From positions 2,008,105 through 2,072,104 of the forward strand of contig CP070784.1 of the NCBI GenBank assembly GCA_020346605.1: DNA of 64,000 bases, in the 5' to 3' direction. Position 1 is the first letter of the stretch; every line of letters begins with the position of its first letter. The notes beneath the pieces were generated by a model. The model saw only the letters and a program-made list of their open reading frames with translations. It did not search any database and was not told the origin of the DNA. A program made the position numbers and the translations under genes. Shown here one piece after another: positions 44,590 to 53,011 of the stretch. The stretch comes from Candidatus Bathyarchaeota archaeon. GTDB lineage: Archaea; Thermoproteota; Bathyarchaeia; TCS64.

Positions 44590-46197
44590 TCAGTGTCTAT
44601 GGTGTCTCATTTGCGTAACCACGAACGTAGCCAGCGCCGCCCCAAGTGCGATCGATATGCCCGGGAAACCGGGTATCCCTGTCTGCCCCGAGGGTGATGA
44701 TGGGGATTCGAGCTGGCTCACGGACCTCTGCTGAATGGTTACTGAGCAGGTGTCGACATCAGCTTGATATCCTTCCTTCTCGACGCCCACAAGGACGCTG
44801 TATGTCCCAGCCTCGATGCCTTCAGTGCTCAGGGTCACCTCGTAGCTCCCTGACCCTTGGGACGGGAGGGCGAAGTCCTCACCGTCGAAGGAGACTGTGG
44901 CCTCGGCGTCACTAACAGGTCTGCCGTCCTGGTCGGTGACGCCTACGGTCACCGTCAGAGGTGTGCCCTCGGTGAGCGTCGAGGCGGAGAGAGTGGTCGA
45001 GACGGCCAGGCTGAGGACCACGGGGGCGCGGCTGTTCAGCGCGAAGCTGGTGTCTGTGAGGGTGATGCTGATGGAGGTGGTGATGGAGTACTCGTTGTTG
45101 TTGTAATAGAAGTCCGAGGAGCTGACGATACCCGTGCCTAGGTGGACGGTCATGTCCTTCCAGCTGGTCTCGATCGGGGTGAATCCCGAGTAGCTGCGGG
45201 TTTTCCCGTGGACCGTGACGTACGCGTCGCCTACCGTGACCTCCCTCTCGGGGAGGTTGTCGATGCTGGCGTAGACGAGGTCGGCAAGGGGCACACCGTC
45301 GAGCTCCAGGGGGAAGAGGACGGCGCCGGCGAATGAGCCGTCCTCGGAGGCGATGGAGACGCCGTCCTCGTCGGCTGTGTGCCACGTGTAGCTGTCGTAG
45401 GGGACGTTGATCTGGACCCGGGTCTCGTCCTCGGTGGAGACGTACTGGATCGTGCTCCTCTGCTTAACCAGGATGTGGCCGCCTTGGACGTCCGCGATCA
45501 CCCAGGTACTGTCCCATTCCCCTTGGCTCGACGACGTCCCGGTGCCCATGGAGCCCGTAAACGTGGAGTCGTCGACGTGCCATGAGATAGTGTCCCCGGG
45601 CTCGACGCCCCACGTGGCGTATACCGCGGCGGCCGGGGGATCGGGGGGGCTGGTCCCCAGGGTGTCGAGGATGTGGGAGATGAACTGGGGGAGGAGCTCG
45701 TCCATGTAGCCGTAGGCGTCCATGTCGTCCAAGGGCGAGTAGAAGAACAGGAAGAGGAACCTCCCGTGGACGAACACTCGCTCCCGGGGGACGAACCTCT
45801 GGTAGAGGGGGCCGTTATTCCCCTGGTAGCCCAGGCCGCTGATGTACTCCTGGTCCACGGCCTGGAGCCGGTACTCGTCCTCGGCGGCCTCGGGGGTGGC
45901 GAACTCGATCACCTCCTGCCAGACGATGGCTTCGCCCCTCTGGTAGCTGGCGAGGATGATTGTCACCGGTTGCTCTCCCAGGATGAAGTCGTTGGGGACT
46001 CCCCCGATGTCCTCCATGAAGGCCACATACTCTGGGTACGTGTACAGGTCAGCCAGCAGGGTGTAGCCCTCGGCCTCCATGAGCATATCCAGAGCCGTCA
46101 CCTCGGCCGAAGCTGACGGAGCGGGGGCGAGGAATGGTCCAACACACAGCCCTACCAGCAGAACGATCAGGATGACGCTCTTCTTGTCACCGTTCAT
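44590..46197 (-). CDS. secreted protein with PGF-CTERM archaeosortase sorting signal
   Basis: 535 aa from ATG 46197. Signal peptide MNGDKKSVILIVLLVGLCVGPFLAPAPSASA, an Ig-like C-terminal domain, then SPSSPSGQTGIPGFPGISIALGAALATFVVTQMRHHRH (PGF + TM + basic tail). Confidence 0.75.
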   Translation of the reverse strand: MNGDKKSVILIVLLVGLCVGPFLAPAPSASAEVTALDMLMEAEGYTLLADLYTYPEYVAFMEDIGGVPNDFILGEQPVTIILASYQRGEAIVWQEVIEFATPEAAEDEYRLQAVDQEYISGLGYQGNNGPLYQRFVPRERVFVHGRFLFLFFYSPLDDMDAYGYMDELLPQFISHILDTLGTSPPDPPAAAVYATWGVEPGDTISWHVDDSTFTGSMGTGTSSSQGEWDSTWVIADVQGGHILVKQRSTIQYVSTEDETRVQINVPYDSYTWHTADEDGVSIASEDGSFAGAVLFPLELDGVPLADLVYASIDNLPEREVTVGDAYVTVHGKTRSYSGFTPIETSWKDMTVHLGTGIVSSSDFYYNNNEYSITTSISITLTDTSFALNSRAPVVLSLAVSTTLSASTLTEGTPLTVTVGVTDQDGRPVSDAEATVSFDGEDFALPSQGSGSYEVTLSTEGIEAGTYSVLVGVEKEGYQADVDTCSVTIQQRSVSQLESPSSPSGQTGIPGFPGISIALGAALATFVVTQMRHHRH

Positions 46198-46362
46198 ACG
46201 CAATGTTACACCTCCTTTCGATTTTAAGGAGATGGTGGGGATACAGTCGGCGAATATATCAGATTTATGGAGTCTGATTCTCCTGACCGAGTTGGAAGTC
46301 GACGAGGCGCCCCCTGTCTCCAACTCTTATCCCCGGTCGAGGGTAGTCTTCCCTGATGGAAT

Positions 46363-46833
46363 ATGGTCACAGTTGAGACGTTGCTGGATGTGGTGCCCAC
46401 CGTGAGCCTGATCGTGGTGCTCGCATACTACGCCATGCAGATCAAGATCCTGAACAAGAACCGGAGGCTGCAGATGATCCAGCAGCTCTGGGACTGGATA
46501 TCCACAGAGGAGGGCTACAGTAACCTCAACGAGCTCATGACGATGAAGTGGGAGGACTACGAAGACTTCAACCGAAGGTACGGCGCAGAAAACAACCCCG
46601 ACTCCTACGCCAAGAGGTTCGCGGTCTGGAGGAAGATGAACGGCCTGGGCTACCTGGTCAAGGAGGGCGCGGTGGACGTCGAGACTGTGTACGAGCACGC
46701 AGGCGGCAGGATCATCTGGATGTGGATGAAGTTCGAGCCGATAGTCCAGGAGATCCAGAAGAACTTCCCCTACATCGGCAAGTGGTGGGAGTATCTGGCA
46801 AAGGAGCTGCAGGTCGTTCAACGGCGGCGGTAA
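46363..46833 (+). CDS. hypothetical protein with N-terminal TM helix
   Basis: 156 aa with VVPTVSLIVVLAYYAMQI anchor and a Trp/Glu-rich soluble part. No family recognised. Confidence 0.5.
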   Translation: MVTVETLLDVVPTVSLIVVLAYYAMQIKILNKNRRLQMIQQLWDWISTEEGYSNLNELMTMKWEDYEDFNRRYGAENNPDSYAKRFAVWRKMNGLGYLVKEGAVDVETVYEHAGGRIIWMWMKFEPIVQEIQKNFPYIGKWWEYLAKELQVVQRRR

Positions 46834-46944
46834 GATCGGCTCGAGTTCCCAACGTTCTGGTCAAGTGCCCCAACGTAGATAGCCACCCTTTCTCTTTCCC
46901 AACTTTTATCACTTGAGAAGGACTATGAGGCTTGGAGTTGTTCG

Positions 46945-47940
46945 ATGTCTACTAGAGAGAAGATAGTCAGCCTTACGCCGCTGGAGCCGGATTTCTTCAA
47001 GGCGAACTTTGGGAGATGGATCGATTTCCAAGAGGTTGATCTGGCGATACTTCCGGGGGACGCGTCAGAGGAACAGGTGTGCGAGGCGGTCGCCGATGCC
47101 ACGGTGATCTTCGGCGACGGCAGGCACTTCATCCCCGTTACCCGTAGGATTATGGAGGCGGCGCCGAGGCTGAAGATCATCCAGATGCCCAGCGTGGGCT
47201 ACGACGAGGTCGACCTCAAAGCAGCGGACGAGCTCGGGATCCCCGTGGCCAACACGCAGGGCTGCAACGCGCCGTCCGTGGCGGAGCACGCGATCATGTT
47301 CATGCTGGTCCTGCTAAAGAGGGGGCTGCTCAACCACGAGGCGACGCTCAGGGGTGAATGGCCGCAGATGGACATAGCCGTCGGCGGGAAGGTCTTGGAG
47401 CTCGGCGGAAAAACCCTGGGCATCCTAGGGCTCGGTGCAATAGGGACCGAGGTGGCGAAGAGGGCCCGGGTTTTCGGCCCCCAAATCATCTACAACAAGC
47501 GCAGCAGGCTCCCAGAGGACGAGGAGAAGAGACTGGGAGTCGAGTACGCCGGCTTCGACGAGCTGCTCCAGCTGTCGGACATCCTTTCCGTCCACGTCCC
47601 GCTGACCCCGGAGACCTGGGGCATGATCGGCAGGGAGGAGATCGCGATGATGAAACCGGGCGCCATACTCCTGAACCTCGCGAGAGGAGGGGTCGTGGAC
47701 GACGCGGCGCTGGCCGAAGCGCTGAGGGAGGGGAGGCTATCCGGCGCTGGGCTGGACGTCTTCCAGGACGAGCCACTGGGGCCTGGTAGCGTCTTCGTCG
47801 GTGTAGAGAACGTCATGACGTCGCCCCACGTGTCTGGCGCATCGAAGGAGACCATGGGCAGGGGTTTCAAGATGTGCGGGGAGAACTTGGCCAGGGTGTT
47901 CAGGGGCGAGGACCCGGAGTACGTGGTGAACCTGAAATAG
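46945..47940 (+). CDS. D-isomer-specific 2-hydroxyacid dehydrogenase
   Basis: 331 aa with NAD motif GKTLGILGLGAIGTEVAKRA, LNLARGGVVD and SPHVSG. Confidence 0.85.
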   Translation: MSTREKIVSLTPLEPDFFKANFGRWIDFQEVDLAILPGDASEEQVCEAVADATVIFGDGRHFIPVTRRIMEAAPRLKIIQMPSVGYDEVDLKAADELGIPVANTQGCNAPSVAEHAIMFMLVLLKRGLLNHEATLRGEWPQMDIAVGGKVLELGGKTLGILGLGAIGTEVAKRARVFGPQIIYNKRSRLPEDEEKRLGVEYAGFDELLQLSDILSVHVPLTPETWGMIGREEIAMMKPGAILLNLARGGVVDDAALAEALREGRLSGAGLDVFQDEPLGPGSVFVGVENVMTSPHVSGASKETMGRGFKMCGENLARVFRGEDPEYVVNLK

Positions 47941-48087
47941 GCGGCCCCCTGCACTACGCCCTGAACTCAAGACACAATTCTGTCCTTTCATTTGCATCAA
48001 ACCTCGTCGGAGTCCAATCCGCATCAAATTAACGGCAAGTGGGACACCCCTCAAAAAACAGATATGGAGACACGACAACTCAGATCC

Positions 48088-49623
48088 ATGACCTACCTCG
48101 TCGGCACAGACATCGGGACCCTCGGCACGAAGACCGTCATCACCGACACACAGGGCAACGTCCAAGCCTCCACCTACCAGGAGTACGGCGTCCTCAACCC
48201 CCAGCAGGGATGGGCGGAGCAGTGGCCCGAAGTCTGGGCCCAAGCCACCTACGCCACCATCAGACAGGCCATCAAGCAGTCCAAAATCAACCCCGCCGAC
48301 ATCGCCGGAGCCTCCATCAGCAGCCTCTACGGCGGAAGCGGCATCCCCCTCGACTCGGACATGAGGCCCCTACGCCCCTGCATCATCTGGGCTGACCGCA
48401 GGGCGACCGAGGAGTGCCGCTGGCTCAGGGAGAATATCGGAGTCGACCACCTCTACGAGGTCACAGGCAACGTCGTCGACCCCTACTACGGCTACACCAA
48501 GATGCTCTGGATCAAGGGCAACGAGTCCGAGATCTGGGGGAGGCTCCACAGGTTCGAGACCCCCAACGCCTACTGCATTAGGGCCATCACAGGGGAGGAG
48601 AGCGTCGACTACAGCAGCGCCGGCAACTACGGAGGAATATTCGACATCCACGGCCGGGACTGGTCCGAGGAGCTAATGGAGCGCCTGGGGATCCCGCGAG
48701 CCCTGTTCCCCGAGAAGATCTTCTCATCCGAGGAGGTCGTGGGGGAGACCACGCGGGAGGGCTCGCGGCTCACCGGCCTCAAGATCGAGACGCCCGTCTG
48801 CGCGGGGGGCATCGACGCCGCCGTTAGCGCCCTGGCGGGGGGAGCCATCCAGGACTGCGACCTGGCCTCCATGCTCGGCACCTCCATGTGCAACGGCGTG
48901 ATCAACCACACCCCCCGCCTCTCCCCCCGCATGGTCAACTTCCCCTACGTCGTCAACGGCCGGCGCTACACCTACAGCTTCACCGGGATCACCACCGCCG
49001 GATACTGCGTCAGGTGGTTCAGGGACCAGCTGGGAGCGGAGGAGGTCAAAGAGGCGGAGAGGACGGGCGTCGACGCGTACAGGATCCTGGACGAGGCGGC
49101 CGAGAAGGTCCCGCCCGGGAGCGAGGGGCTCGTCTTCCTCCCCCACCTCATGGTCGGCGAGCGCGCCCCCTACTGGGACGAGCACCTCAGGGGCGGCCTC
49201 CTCGGCCTCGGGGTCTACCACACCAAAGCCCACGTCTTCAGGGCGGTCCTTGAGGGAGTTGCCTATGCCATGAGGTATAGCCTGGAGGCGGCCTGGGAGG
49301 CGGGGGTCGAGATCAACAGGGCGACCCTCGTCGACGGCGGTGCCAGGTCCCCTCTCTGGAGGCAGATCATCGCCGACGTCACGGGCGTCTCCATGAGCTA
49401 CATCCCCGATGCGCAGGGAGCGCCGCTGGGGGACGCCATCCTCGCCGGCCTCGGCACAGGCGTCCTCAAGGACCACGCGGTCATCGACAGCTGGATAAAG
49501 GAGAAGATACCCACCAGGCCCAAACCGGGGAACTCCGAGACCTACGACAGGATGTACGCCATATACAAGAGGTGCCTGGAGGCCAACGGCACCGTGTTCG
49601 AGGCCATGAGCGCTAATCCATAG
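48088..49623 (+). CDS. FGGY-family carbohydrate kinase (xylulokinase-like)
   Basis: 511 aa from ATG 48088 (alternative ATG 48064). YLVGTDIGTLGTKTV phosphate-1 loop and C-terminal GGARSPLWRQIIADVTG. Confidence 0.85.
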   Translation: MTYLVGTDIGTLGTKTVITDTQGNVQASTYQEYGVLNPQQGWAEQWPEVWAQATYATIRQAIKQSKINPADIAGASISSLYGGSGIPLDSDMRPLRPCIIWADRRATEECRWLRENIGVDHLYEVTGNVVDPYYGYTKMLWIKGNESEIWGRLHRFETPNAYCIRAITGEESVDYSSAGNYGGIFDIHGRDWSEELMERLGIPRALFPEKIFSSEEVVGETTREGSRLTGLKIETPVCAGGIDAAVSALAGGAIQDCDLASMLGTSMCNGVINHTPRLSPRMVNFPYVVNGRRYTYSFTGITTAGYCVRWFRDQLGAEEVKEAERTGVDAYRILDEAAEKVPPGSEGLVFLPHLMVGERAPYWDEHLRGGLLGLGVYHTKAHVFRAVLEGVAYAMRYSLEAAWEAGVEINRATLVDGGARSPLWRQIIADVTGVSMSYIPDAQGAPLGDAILAGLGTGVLKDHAVIDSWIKEKIPTRPKPGNSETYDRMYAIYKRCLEANGTVFEAMSANP

Positions 49624-49629
49624 CCCAGC

Positions 49630-49749
49630 TCACGCCCAGACATTGAACTCCATTCCGCACTCGGGGCACCTGAGCTCGTTCTTCCCCGATCTGAGTCTGA
49701 TCCTGGCCGAGAAACCGCAGCCTGGACACCTAACGTTCTTGGAGCTCAT
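49630..49749 (-). CDS. small zinc-ribbon protein (39 aa)
   Basis: MSSKNVRCPGCGFSARIRLRSGKNELRCPECGMEFNVWA, with two CPxCG knuckles. Same strand as the PadR gene and 81 nt downstream of it. Below the ORF-track cutoff. Confidence 0.45.
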   Translation of the reverse strand: MSSKNVRCPGCGFSARIRLRSGKNELRCPECGMEFNVWA

Positions 49750-49830
49750 GGGGCATCAGTACCCCATAATTTTTGAGCTTGATAAACTTTCGCGGAGGCA
49801 CGAGGATGTGAGAAGGAGCAGCCCACGGCC

Positions 49831-50172
49831 CTACTGGGTGGCGACCTTCGGCTGGTACTCCTGGAAGATGTCACCGTAGGCCCTGCAGAAGTACTCGCAG
49901 GCCTCCATGGCCCCCGTTCTCCCCCTCTCCGTGAGGCGGTAGATCTTCCTTCTGCCCTCCTGTCGGGCCTCCACGAGCCCGTTCTTCTCCAGCTCGCCGA
50001 GCGCCGGATAGAGCGTGCCGGGGTTCGGCCTAGTCCCCCGCCGCGCCTCGAGCTCGTCGGCGATCTCCTGTCCGTACATGTCTCTCTTGGTGAGCAGCCA
50101 GAGGATGGTGAAGGATAGGAGGCCCCTCATGTCGCAGCAGTTTGGGATGGGGTTCTCGCAGCAGTCTTCCAT
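49831..50172 (-). CDS. PadR-family transcriptional regulator with Cys-rich N-terminal extension
   Basis: 113 aa. MEDCCENPIPNCCDMRG precedes the PadR winged helix (FTILWLLTKRDMYGQEIADEL...GTLYPALGELEKNGLV). Confidence 0.8.
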   Translation of the reverse strand: MEDCCENPIPNCCDMRGLLSFTILWLLTKRDMYGQEIADELEARRGTRPNPGTLYPALGELEKNGLVEARQEGRRKIYRLTERGRTGAMEACEYFCRAYGDIFQEYQPKVATQ

Positions 50173-50190
50173 TGCGTATTATTGGACGAC

Positions 50191-50224
50191 CGATACATTT
50201 AAATTATTGCATGGAATAGTATCG
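50191..50224. promoter_or_regulatory. divergent promoter with inverted repeat around a palindromic TATA
   Basis: CGATAC (50191-96) and GTATCG (50219-24) enclose ATTTAAAT (50197-204). The TATA centre is about 27 nt from the PadR ATG (50172). Further CGATA/GATACG copies lie at 50231-48. Confidence 0.45.
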
Positions 50225-50250
50225 GATGTCCGATAATAGTGTGATACGAC

Positions 50251-51024
50251 ATGGTTGAGAACAGCGAGAAGATCAAGGAGCACGTGAGGGAGACGTACTC
50301 CCAGGTCGCCCAGAGGGCGCAGGCATCCTGCGGATGCGGCTGCGGGACGGCGTCGACGGCGAGCTGCTGCGGCCCCGTCTCCAAGGACGCCTACGTCCAG
50401 GGGATAGGCTACTCTCTGGAAGATATCAAGGAGCTCCCGGAGAGCGCCGTTGGCGCCGCCGCGGGATGCGGAAACCCCACGGCCATCGCCGGGCTGAAGG
50501 AGGGCGAGGTGGTCCTGGACCTGGGCTCAGGGGGAGGGATAGATGTCTTCCTCTCCGCGAAGAAGGTGGGCCCCAAGGGCAAGGCTATCGGCGTTGACAT
50601 GACCGACGAGATGCTGAACCTTGCACGCAAGAACGCCGAGGAGCTGGGCTTCGAGAACGTCGAGTTCAGGAAGGGCGACATCGAGGACCTCCCTGTGGAG
50701 GACGAGTCCGTCGACGTCATCATCAGCAACTGCGTCATCAACCTGGCCCCCGACAAGGATAAGGTCTTTAGGGAGGCCTACAGGGTGCTCAGGCCCGGCG
50801 GAAGGATAACCGTCTCCGACATAGTCACCGACGGCCCGCTGCCCCAGGAGATCAAGGACAACCCCGACGCCTGGGCGGCATGTGTCTCGGGAGCCCTCGA
50901 CAAGGAGGAGTACCTGCAGAAGATCAGGGACGCCGGCTTCCAGGATGTCAAGGTGCTGGACTGCAGGGGATTCGGCCTCGTCTACAGCGCCGAGGTAGAG
51001 GCATTCAAGGGAGCGCACGGCTGA
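50251..51024 (+). CDS. arsM: arsenite S-adenosylmethionine methyltransferase
   Basis: 257 aa. N-terminal Cys cluster CGCGCG...SCCGP, GCGNPTA, SAM motif [23 protein letters not shown] and AWAACVSGA correspond to the conserved ArsM cysteines and motifs. Confidence 0.9.
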   Translation: MVENSEKIKEHVRETYSQVAQRAQASCGCGCGTASTASCCGPVSKDAYVQGIGYSLEDIKELPESAVGAAAGCGNPTAIAGLKEGEVVLDLGSGGGIDVFLSAKKVGPKGKAIGVDMTDEMLNLARKNAEELGFENVEFRKGDIEDLPVEDESVDVIISNCVINLAPDKDKVFREAYRVLRPGGRITVSDIVTDGPLPQEIKDNPDAWAACVSGALDKEEYLQKIRDAGFQDVKVLDCRGFGLVYSAEVEAFKGAHG

Positions 51025-51028
51025 AACG

Positions 51029-51292
51029 ATGTCGGAGTGCTGCGCCCAGACTGAATACCAGACCTGGAAGCGAGATTCCGAGCAGACGCTAATTGAGCTC
51101 CCCCCGGCGCTCGGGTTCGGCGAAGACATCACTCTGGCCAATGGAAACGTCGTGCTGCTCAGCGACGAGACTATGAAGTACCTGGAAGCGCTGAACCGAG
51201 TGATCCTCATTGAGGAGGACAGGGTGCTCAGCCTCGGTGAGACCGTCGCAAGGGTGCTCGACTTCTATAGAAGGTTCGTAAGGTTCGCCTGA
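51029..51292 (+). CDS. hypothetical protein (N-terminal vicinal Cys pair)
   Basis: 87 aa starting MSECC. The ATG is 4 nt after the arsM stop. No family recognised. Confidence 0.5.
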   Translation: MSECCAQTEYQTWKRDSEQTLIELPPALGFGEDITLANGNVVLLSDETMKYLEALNRVILIEEDRVLSLGETVARVLDFYRRFVRFA

Positions 51293-51307
51293 GCCTCCCA
51301 TTTTCTT

Positions 51308-51324
51308 GAATTAATTATTAATTC
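51308..51324. promoter_or_regulatory. 17-nt perfect palindrome overlapping the presumptive TATA region
   Basis: GAATTAATTATTAATTC, 29-45 nt upstream of ATG 51353. Confidence 0.5.
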
Positions 51325-51352
51325 ATAATCCCCCTATGAGATATGGGTACAA

Positions 51353-52963
51353 ATGGCTCACAGGCTCTTCTCTGACGTGCCACAGATCATCTCCATCGTG
51401 AGGGCCTCCCTCGACGGCGCCGTGAACCTGAAGAAAGAAGTGAGAGAACACCTCGAGATAGGCGATGGTTCGGTAGTACACATGAACATCGGCGATGAGG
51501 TGACCCTATCAAAGGAGGGGGGCGAGGGCGTCGAAGTGCCCATCAGGGGCAGGGGAATCGTCCTGCCGATTGAAGCCATCGCAAGGCTGGGCTTGGAAAA
51601 AGGGGGCCTCGTCGGCTTCGTCCAGAGGCCGGGGGCCATCGCGGTCAAGAGGGTGGAGCTCGAGGAGGAGGGTGCAGATTTCTCATCGCTCTTCGACCTG
51701 GAGACGCCGACTGTGATCACCAGGAGGGTGGAGACCAACCCTCTTCCTGAGGAGCTGCTCCCAGCGCTCATCGAGAGGAACAGGGATCTGAAGCTGAACC
51801 ACGAACTGGAAGGATTCCTCAAGGGGAGGCAGACCCTAGAGGCGCTTAAGACCAGGGAGATCCTCGGAGTGCCCGAGAACTCGGACACCGAGCTCAGGGA
51901 GGCGCTCACCGCGCAGAGGCTGGACAAACAGGAGAGCGACGGATCCTGGGGAGGGGGCGTCACCGCTACGGCGAGGATGCTCAGGGAGATGGCCGAGCTG
52001 GACCTTAACAGGGACGACCCCGGCGTGAAGAGCGCCGCCGCGTGGCTGCTGTCGAGGCCCGAGTCGCCCCACAACCCGGGGATGTTCTTCCTGAGGGACG
52101 AGCTGGTGGGGGAGCAGGTGGAACTGGTCGAGAGGCGGACGAAGCAGAAGACCGGGAGTCGACCCAGGTTCAGGAAGCTATTAGCCTCGGAGAACAAGCT
52201 CGTGGCCCAGGGCGACCCAATGATCAAGAAGGCGTGCGGCCCCCGCATCATGTGGCCCAACTCAATCGTCGTCGAGGCCTTGCTCAAGGCGGGATACGAG
52301 GACGATGAGCGCGTCCAAGCGAACCTGGGGATGCTGTCCCACGGCCACTGGTGCGAGTGTGGGTACCAGCACGGCAGGAGCGGATGGAGAGAGAGTAGGG
52401 GGACTCTCACCGACGAGGAGATCACAAACCTGGAGCGCAAGTTTATCAACCAGTACAGGTTCGGCCACCCTGGGCTGAGCAGCCTGGAGGAGCTGGCTGA
52501 GAAGGACCTGGCCCACAAGGTGGGGCCGAAGCTCCCAAGGGTCTCTGAGACGGAGGAGGACGGAGTCCGGAGGTACCCCCTGTACCGGGAGGGGCAAGTC
52601 CAGGGCTGCGAGCTCCTGACCGCGAGGGCACTCCACCTGACGAAGGACGAGAGGCTCAGACGCCTCGTCGAGGCATACCTGTGGCGGCTCGCCGCGGTCC
52701 AGAGGGAGGACGGCAGGTTCCACTACATCGGCAGGAGCGGCCGCTACGTGAACAACGTCTTCCACGAGCAGCAGCCGGGGATGTTGGAGTTCTTCGCTAG
52801 GTTCGACCACCCCGTCTCCCACGTCGTCATCCACCGTTCCCTCCCCTGGATCGTGGAGAACCAGAACGAGGACGGCTCGTGGGGGCAGGAGCCGCACAGG
52901 GACGTCGCCACCCTGGCAGTCGTGAGGGCGCTGGACAGGATAGGGTTCTTCGGGGAGCCCTGA
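51353..52963 (+). CDS. fusion protein: two AbrB/SpoVT-like domains + prenyltransferase/terpene-cyclase-like repeat domain
   Basis: 536 aa. The N-terminal segments AVNLKKEVREHLEIGDGSVVHMN and GIVLPIEAIARLGLEKGGLVGFV look AbrB-like. The C-terminal part carries QESDGSWGGG, REDGRFHY and NEDGSWGQE repeats. Confidence 0.6.
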   Translation: MAHRLFSDVPQIISIVRASLDGAVNLKKEVREHLEIGDGSVVHMNIGDEVTLSKEGGEGVEVPIRGRGIVLPIEAIARLGLEKGGLVGFVQRPGAIAVKRVELEEEGADFSSLFDLETPTVITRRVETNPLPEELLPALIERNRDLKLNHELEGFLKGRQTLEALKTREILGVPENSDTELREALTAQRLDKQESDGSWGGGVTATARMLREMAELDLNRDDPGVKSAAAWLLSRPESPHNPGMFFLRDELVGEQVELVERRTKQKTGSRPRFRKLLASENKLVAQGDPMIKKACGPRIMWPNSIVVEALLKAGYEDDERVQANLGMLSHGHWCECGYQHGRSGWRESRGTLTDEEITNLERKFINQYRFGHPGLSSLEELAEKDLAHKVGPKLPRVSETEEDGVRRYPLYREGQVQGCELLTARALHLTKDERLRRLVEAYLWRLAAVQREDGRFHYIGRSGRYVNNVFHEQQPGMLEFFARFDHPVSHVVIHRSLPWIVENQNEDGSWGQEPHRDVATLAVVRALDRIGFFGEP

Positions 52964-53011
52964 AGTCCCAACTCTTTTATCCGGATCCGCGACAGAGGGA
53001 TACAAACCGAA

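Noticed and set aside
49643-49879. 78-aa + strand ORF between the FGGY kinase and the PadR gene.
   Set aside because: It overlaps the 3' end of the PadR gene and the better-supported minus-strand double-CPxCG ORF, and it has no motif.
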